DNA of 64,000 nt from Sneathiella sp. (GTDB lineage Bacteria > Pseudomonadota > Alphaproteobacteria > Sneathiellales > Sneathiellaceae), in NCBI RefSeq assembly GCF_041689005.1, contig NZ_JBDNHC010000106.1:7996-71995 (forward strand). The letters are read 5' to 3'. Shown here piece after piece: positions 59,501 to 64,000 of the stretch. The position numbers and the translations under genes are program-made. A model generated the notes under the pieces. It was not told the origin of the DNA and made no database searches. It saw nothing but the letters and a program-made list of their open reading frames with translations. How positions within the stretch are numbered: position 1 is the stretch's first letter; the number at the start of each line of letters is the position of its first letter.

Positions 59501-60215
59501 TGAGTTGCATACTGAACGGGTTAATCGCCTTGAACATTTTCGGACGGTCAGTGTCCAGGCCTTTCCCTTGGCGGGCGTCTTACCGTCAGAAGTCATGAAG
59601 CTGGTTAAAGACGATCTTGCTACATTCGAAAAACGGCTCCCCCCCGGCTTTACTATGGAAATATCCGGTGAACAGGCAAACGCAGAGAATGGCTTCAAGC
59701 AACTCACAAAGGTCATGGGAATATCTGTCGCGCTGATTTTTCTGGCGCTGACCTTCCAGTTTAAAAATGCGGTTAAACCCCTGATCGTTCTGGCAGCCGT
59801 CCCCTACGGCGTCATTGGCGCTCTGATCGCCCTTGCCGTCACCAACAGTCCATTTGGATTTATGGCATTTCTCGGCATCGTCGCGTTGATCGGGGTGATT
59901 GTCAGCCATATCATTGTTCTGTTTGATTTCATCGAGGAAATGCGAGAAAAAGGCGAGCCGCTTGAGGAAGCATTGCTTGATGCCGGTATTGTAAGGTTAC
60001 GTCCGATTCTGATCACCGTCGGCGCGACTGTTTTTGGCCTCGGACCGCTTGCCCTTCACGGCGGTCCGCTCTGGCAGCCGCTCTGCTACGCCCAGATAGG
60101 CGGGCTTACCGTCGCGACCTTCACAACGCTTCTTCTTGTCCCGGTTATTTACTCTATCTTTGTTCTGGATTTAAAGATTGTAACCTGGGAAAACCTTGAG
60201 ACGAAACCGGCGTAA
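56583..60215 (+). CDS. RND efflux permease (AcrB superfamily), unusually long at 1210 aa
   Basis: 12-TM RND topology. TM4 LGLLVDDPVV retains the Asp-Asp proton relay. Large periplasmic loops lie between TM1/TM2 and TM7/TM8. Confidence 0.9.
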   Translation: MSVKDLTEKHNTARYFTENLHISWILLIGVLLWGAYGYLSMPKAKDPIIQVRVATAITSWPGADATKIEELITRPIEEQIALSSTLHRTSPSKFAIKSLTLPNLSIVQIQLSESLSETKSAFNEINLNLQAMAPSLPAGAGAIQFNDGFGNTAAILLTIASPTERPVEISLRARDIEAAITATREKAGDSAVARRSLIVVMPRDIDLTAPSRNMDLFRDYLVVDKGVTNAVALHGPGFIGIDFASDLSDDDIKTQLSNFLEQKLAQVKFHEDAWPAVIIGDPGQTNAKLQEAPGGKYSYRELDDFANLITRTLQTIPLVTVVNSSGAVDERIYLEYSQDLLASYGLTPSDVSGAIMARNSDISGGEFHVGGSNILVEPVGKYVSPDQIGSTVITKSSSGSPVYLRDIGNVVPGYQSPPEFLNYYNWRADAGKWHRGKAISLAIQMRDGGQIAKFGEAVTAAMADVRPHLPEDLVIDRVSNQPSQVAENIDLFMTALIEAIILVVAISFLGFWEWRSALLMMLSIPITLALTFGIIDMLGIQLQQVSIATLIIALGLLVDDPVVAGDAIKRGLAAGEPRSLASWLGPTKLAHAIMFATITNVVAYLPFLLLDGNTGEFLYSLPIVMATALISSRLVSMSFLPFLGYFLLRARQKPEKTIEERRQSGFTGYYFRFGTFLIDNRKKALLVSFIFLALIIPLKNVLKTSFFPDDVQYLFYADIQLRNDATIYETQKVVDKAENIVQQVAADFGAKLGAEGGGDPLTSIASFLGGGAPRFWFSVTPQLHQRNYAQLVMRVNDKDLTDNLIVPLQVALSSQIPDAIIDVRQLQTNPVPYPLEIRLVAKSAVQSNGPEEEAEIATLRSLSEELVGIFRKAPNATRPRDDWGRETLRLRLSIDPDRAFLAGVSNKDIAASSSAGINGNQVTTLQRGNKNIPVVTILTPSERAQISDLQNLYVFNSNNSDKVPMGQIAKVKYELHTERVNRLEHFRTVSVQAFPLAGVLPSEVMKLVKDDLATFEKRLPPGFTMEISGEQANAENGFKQLTKVMGISVALIFLALTFQFKNAVKPLIVLAAVPYGVIGALIALAVTNSPFGFMAFLGIVALIGVIVSHIIVLFDFIEEMREKGEPLEEALLDAGIVRLRPILITVGATVFGLGPLALHGGPLWQPLCYAQIGGLTVATFTTLLLVPVIYSIFVLDLKIVTWENLETKPA

Positions 60216-60341
60216 GGCAAACTATTGGCACCCGTCCTTAAAATTCGATATATTCGGAGAAATTACCATGTCGTGAGGGAGACGAAAGTATTGTAACTTA
60301 TCATCTTCTCGACCGCTGATCTTGAAAGAGGATAGATAGCG

Positions 60342-61334
60342 TTGAACAAACACCTGAAGAGCGTTGCCTGTATAATAACAGCGTCGATCATAGCAACGTC
60401 CGCCCAGGCTTCACAGGTCATGCGCTGTAGTCACCAGCTTCCCCCTGAGAATCATATTGCGAAAATCATTGATCAATGGGCAGCGGAGATCGAAACCCTG
60501 TCCGAAAATGAAATTGATGTACAGGTATTCAACGCCAATAGTCTGGTGAAAGCTCCGGATAATGCCGCGGCCGTCACTGCCGGGGATATAGAATGTGCGT
60601 TCTCGATCAGCTCACAATGGGCCACTTCTCTCCCGCATATGTCGGTGACGCTCGAACCATTTGCCATGAGCGATATTGAAACTCTCAAAAAATGGGGCGG
60701 CTCCAGAACCGCGGACGAATTGAATTCCAAACTCCTGTCAACCGGCGTAAAGAACATTGCCTGGCTTTTCACGACCGGGCGCACGGTCATCACGTCGAAA
60801 GCCCGGAACCTGATTAAGCCCGCAGATTTCCTGAACGTTAAGATACAAGGTCTGGAGCCGAGTACTGATGCGGCCTTTATGGCGATGGGAGCCATGACGA
60901 TCCCCATGCCGGACAAACTCGCCTATCAGGCTCTCGCGAAAGGGGAGATCGACGCCGGTGTCACCGATGTCTCCGCCGCTGTTTCCGAAAAATATTATGA
61001 AGTTCAGGATCATGCCACAATCCTTCCCCTTTTCAGTGTTCTTTTTAACGGATATGTAAATCCTTCCTGGTATGACAGGCTGTCGGAGAAGAGCCGACAA
61101 GCTATTCAGAATGCAGGAAGGAAAGCCAGTGTATGGGCCATCGAAGCCTCGGAAATATCAGCGGCCGCGGCCCCCGGAAAACTTGCCGAGGAAGGCATGA
61201 AAATTCACTTCGCAACCGAGAGTGAAATCACGGCGTTGCGGGAGGTTATGGTTCCGGCCTTCGTGAAGGCATTTAGTCAGTCCACAGGGAATGAGGGCAT
61301 AAAATTGATACAACTCCTGGGGGAGTCTGAGTGA
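60342..61334 (+). CDS. TRAP-transporter solute-binding protein (DctP family), orphan
   Basis: Signal peptide (..TSAQA/SQ), DctP-like length and pattern. No dctQ/dctM is present in the window. TTG start. Confidence 0.7.
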   Translation: MNKHLKSVACIITASIIATSAQASQVMRCSHQLPPENHIAKIIDQWAAEIETLSENEIDVQVFNANSLVKAPDNAAAVTAGDIECAFSISSQWATSLPHMSVTLEPFAMSDIETLKKWGGSRTADELNSKLLSTGVKNIAWLFTTGRTVITSKARNLIKPADFLNVKIQGLEPSTDAAFMAMGAMTIPMPDKLAYQALAKGEIDAGVTDVSAAVSEKYYEVQDHATILPLFSVLFNGYVNPSWYDRLSEKSRQAIQNAGRKASVWAIEASEISAAAAPGKLAEEGMKIHFATESEITALREVMVPAFVKAFSQSTGNEGIKLIQLLGESE

Positions 61335-62965
61335 CAGAATTAAGCTGGCGGCACCTTAACGATTATCATCGGGACAGGAAAGAAATCCGCATATCGGACC
61401 TTTTCGATTCTAATCCAATCAGGTTCGAGGAATTCTCTCTACCGCTCGACGATATGCTCCTCGATTTTTCGAAAACCGTACTGGATGACACTGCTCGAAA
61501 GCTGTTGCTGGATCTCGCCCGTGCCTCAAACCTCGAAGAAAAGCGCGATGCGATGTTTTCTGGCGAGGCCATAAACCGGACAGAAGGCCGCGCCGCCCTG
61601 CACACAGCGTTGCGCAATCGTGCAAAGACACCAGTTTATGTTGCTGGTACTAATGTCATGCCCGCCATACAGACGACATTATCCAGGATGAGTGAATTTG
61701 TGACGGCTATAAGCACCGGAAAAATTTGCGCCTCCGACGGCACCCCGTTCCGCGATATCGTCAATATTGGTATTGGTGGTTCTGACCTTGGTCCCGCCAT
61801 GGCTACGGCGGCACTCGCCCCCTATCACAAAGATCTGCGTGTGCATTTTGTTGCCAACGTCGATGGCGCCCAGATTGCGGACCTGCTGACGGAGCTCAAC
61901 CCCGCATGCACTCTTTTTATCATCGCCTCCAAGACATTCACGACGATTGAAACCATGACCAACGCCAATACGGCGAAGGCCTGGATAGAGGATGCCGTCG
62001 GTGAGCAATCCGCCCAACATTTTGCCGCCGTTTCCACCGCGCTGGATAAAACCACTACCTTTGGAATCGACCCCGATCGTGTCTTCGGATTTGAAGACTG
62101 GGTCGGTGGCCGCTATTCCGTATGGGGTCCCATTGGCCTTTCTCTGATGTTTGCAATTGGGCCCGACGCCTTTCTGGAGTTTCTGGCCGGCGCCCACGAC
62201 ATGGATCAGCATTTCAGGGACGCTCCTATCGCTGAAAATATGCCGGTCATGCTCGGGCTCGTCGGCATTTGGCATAACAATATCTGTGGGTATGCCTGCC
62301 GGGCAGTCCTGCCTTATGACCAGCGCCTTGAGAGACTTCCCGCCTACCTTCAGCAACTCGACATGGAAAGCAACGGCAAACAAGTGACTCTGGACGGATC
62401 GCCCATCGGTCGCGATACCGGTCCAACCGTCTTCGGGGAACCTGGTACCAACGGTCAGCATGCCTTTTATCAGCTCCTTCATCAGGGAAGCCGGATTATC
62501 CCCTGCGAGTTCCTGGTTGCCGCTCATTCGCATGAGCCGCATTTACAAAACCATCATCAGCTTCTGCTCGCTAACTGCCTTGCCCAGTCCGAAGCCTTGA
62601 TGCGCGGACGATCTCTTGAGGACGTGACGGAAATTCTCGGTGAAAATCCGGCGTCAGATGACCCTGCGCAATTTGCTCATCGAGTTTTTCCGGGCAACCG
62701 GCCGTCGACAACCCTGCTATACAGAAAACTGACCCCCCGTACTCTCGGCCGAATTATTGCGCTTTACGAACATCGTGTATTTGTCGAGGGAGCCATATGG
62801 GGGATCAATTCGTTCGATCAATGGGGGGTTGAACTCGGCAAGGAACTCGCGGCTGACTTGTTGCCGTTGATCGAGCGCGGTGACGGTTTCAAGGAGAAAA
62901 ACGGATCCACGCGCGGCCTGCTGAAGGCCATTACCGGTTTGCGCAAGGAGGAAACTCGGCGTTAA
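61331..62965 (+). CDS. pgi: Glucose-6-phosphate isomerase
   Basis: 544 aa with [22 protein letters not shown] and [14 protein letters not shown] signatures. The GTG start overlaps the stop of the TRAP SBP gene (GTGA). Confidence 0.95.
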   Translation: MTELSWRHLNDYHRDRKEIRISDLFDSNPIRFEEFSLPLDDMLLDFSKTVLDDTARKLLLDLARASNLEEKRDAMFSGEAINRTEGRAALHTALRNRAKTPVYVAGTNVMPAIQTTLSRMSEFVTAISTGKICASDGTPFRDIVNIGIGGSDLGPAMATAALAPYHKDLRVHFVANVDGAQIADLLTELNPACTLFIIASKTFTTIETMTNANTAKAWIEDAVGEQSAQHFAAVSTALDKTTTFGIDPDRVFGFEDWVGGRYSVWGPIGLSLMFAIGPDAFLEFLAGAHDMDQHFRDAPIAENMPVMLGLVGIWHNNICGYACRAVLPYDQRLERLPAYLQQLDMESNGKQVTLDGSPIGRDTGPTVFGEPGTNGQHAFYQLLHQGSRIIPCEFLVAAHSHEPHLQNHHQLLLANCLAQSEALMRGRSLEDVTEILGENPASDDPAQFAHRVFPGNRPSTTLLYRKLTPRTLGRIIALYEHRVFVEGAIWGINSFDQWGVELGKELAADLLPLIERGDGFKEKNGSTRGLLKAITGLRKEETRR

Positions 62966-63083
62966 CCCAGCAAATGGCGGGATGCCAGATGCCCGTCTCC
63001 CCCACCTGTCGCCGCGGAGCGAGCGAGAAGTGTGGATATTCAAATAGCATCTGGAACCGGCCGCATGACCGCAAGGGCCACCG

Positions 63084-63173
63084 TTATTTTTCCCGAACCG
63101 ATTTCTTGAATAGCTTCTTCCCGCCGAAATGAACTTTCAGGTCGCGCACGTCAAGAAGGATATCCTCGCTCAT
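63084..63173 (-). pseudogene. Truncated remnant (29 codons) of a dppF/oppF-type peptide ABC ATPase
   Basis: The ATG overlaps the stop of the upstream ATPase gene (ATGA at 63170-63173). The translation MSEDILLDVRDLKVHFGGKKLFKKSVREK* matches the canonical OppF/DppF N-terminus (LL.V.DL.V.F) and then terminates. No Walker A is found in any frame before pgi. Confidence 0.55.
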
Positions 63174-64000
63174 ACCGCCGCCACGTATTTGAGATTATGA
63201 CAGGCCGCCGTATGGACACCGATAACCGCCTCATTTTCCGGCCTTACCTCTTCACATATGGGCGTTTTGTAGGGACAGCGCGGGGCGAAGGCGCATCCGC
63301 TTTCAAAGCCTGTCAGGGAGGGCATCACTCCCTTTATTTCAGTTAGATAAGGACGAACTTCGGTCGGGTTTTCCCCCAGATAGGGCACGCAGGAAATCAG
63401 TCCGCGCGTATAGGGGTGCTGCGGATTTGTGAGGATATCCCGGGTCGATCCGGTTTCGATGATATGCCCGGCATACAAGACAGCGACCCTGTCCGCAAGC
63501 TCGGCGATCGCACCCATATCGTGGGTTGTCATGATGATGGCAATCCCGGTCTCCCGTTGCAAATCCTTCAGCAGGTCAAAAATCTGTGCCTGCACAGTCA
63601 CATCGAGAGCGGCAGTCGGCTCATCGACGATCAAGACCCGCGGGCGGCAGGAGAGCGCCATGGCGATCATCACCCGTTGACGCATACCGACAGAGAGTTC
63701 ATGGGGATAGCCCCACGCCCGTATTTCCGGCTCCGGAATACCGACCATGGTCAGCGTCTCGACCGCCCGGGCCCAGGCTTCAACCTTCGTTACCTCTTCA
63801 TGCAGCAGGACACATTCTGCGATCTGATCACCGATCCGCAAAACCGGGTTCAGGGAGGTCATTGACTGCTGAAAAATCATCGAAATGATACCGCCTCGAA
63901 TCTGGCGCATGCGCGTCTTCGAGGCTGTCAGTAACTCCTCCCCGTCAAAAATGATGGAGCCGCCGGTTATCTTACCGGGCGGGCTTGGGATAAGGCCCAT
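63170..64000 (-). CDS. Oligopeptide/dipeptide ABC transporter ATP-binding protein (DppD/OppD type), 5' end outside the window
   Basis: Signature LSVGMRQRV, Walker B LIVDEPTAALD, H-loop TTHD, and an oligo_HPY C-terminal domain with conserved Cys residues (GCAFAPRCPY...C). Confidence 0.9.
   Translation of the reverse strand: MGLIPSPPGKITGGSIIFDGEELLTASKTRMRQIRGGIISMIFQQSMTSLNPVLRIGDQIAECVLLHEEVTKVEAWARAVETLTMVGIPEPEIRAWGYPHELSVGMRQRVMIAMALSCRPRVLIVDEPTAALDVTVQAQIFDLLKDLQRETGIAIIMTTHDMGAIAELADRVAVLYAGHIIETGSTRDILTNPQHPYTRGLISCVPYLGENPTEVRPYLTEIKGVMPSLTGFESGCAFAPRCPYKTPICEEVRPENEAVIGVHTAACHNLKYVAAV

Noticed and set aside
1-64000. Search for CRISPR arrays, IS elements, integrases, tRNA/rRNA genes, prophage or defence-island content.
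   Set aside because: Intergenic regions are all 280 nt or shorter, with no repeat-spacer periodicity. No ORF shows transposase, integrase or recombinase motifs. By eye, no composition shift large enough to call an island was evident; I did not compute GC content or skew.

Overview
This 64 kb window is gene-dense (about 62 protein-coding genes, about 90% coding) and has no rRNA, tRNA, CRISPR array, transposase, integrase or phage genes that I could find. The gene content indicates an alphaproteobacterial chromosome: GcrA, IalB, a tandem cold-shock-domain protein, a PutA without a ribbon-helix-helix domain, and YggT-DUF167-FolD synteny. Most of it is core or housekeeping metabolism. Recognised genes include thpR, rsmJ, a speE-like gene, phhB, scoAB, rlmN, argG, folD, gcrA, cobT, a cobC-like gene, an msbA-like gene, putA, an acyl-CoA carboxylase beta subunit, bdhA and pgi. 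These are interspersed with many transporters: four DMT/EamA, BenE, MFS, SLC13, MscS, NicO, and a TolC-MFP-RND operon. I do not see a convincing new multi-gene system such as a defence island or mobile element. The items most worth a second look are: (1) a predicted iron-regulated operon (beta-barrel protein, imelysin, di-haem DUF1111 protein) preceded by a Fur-box-like element; (2) a NicO/RcnA-type Ni/Co exporter whose first transmembrane helix can only be encoded if translation starts at an ATT codon behind a perfect GGAGG; (3) a 29-codon remnant of a dppF/oppF ATPase still ATGA-coupled to the upstream dppD/oppD gene and abutting pgi, which marks a deletion or rearrangement junction; (4) a 1210-aa RND pump with a roughly 135-aa insertion in its first periplasmic loop, driven by a near-consensus sigma70 promoter with no local regulator; (5) an orphan TRAP solute-binding protein translationally coupled to pgi. 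All functional calls rest on motif or family recognition by eye. No database search was run.
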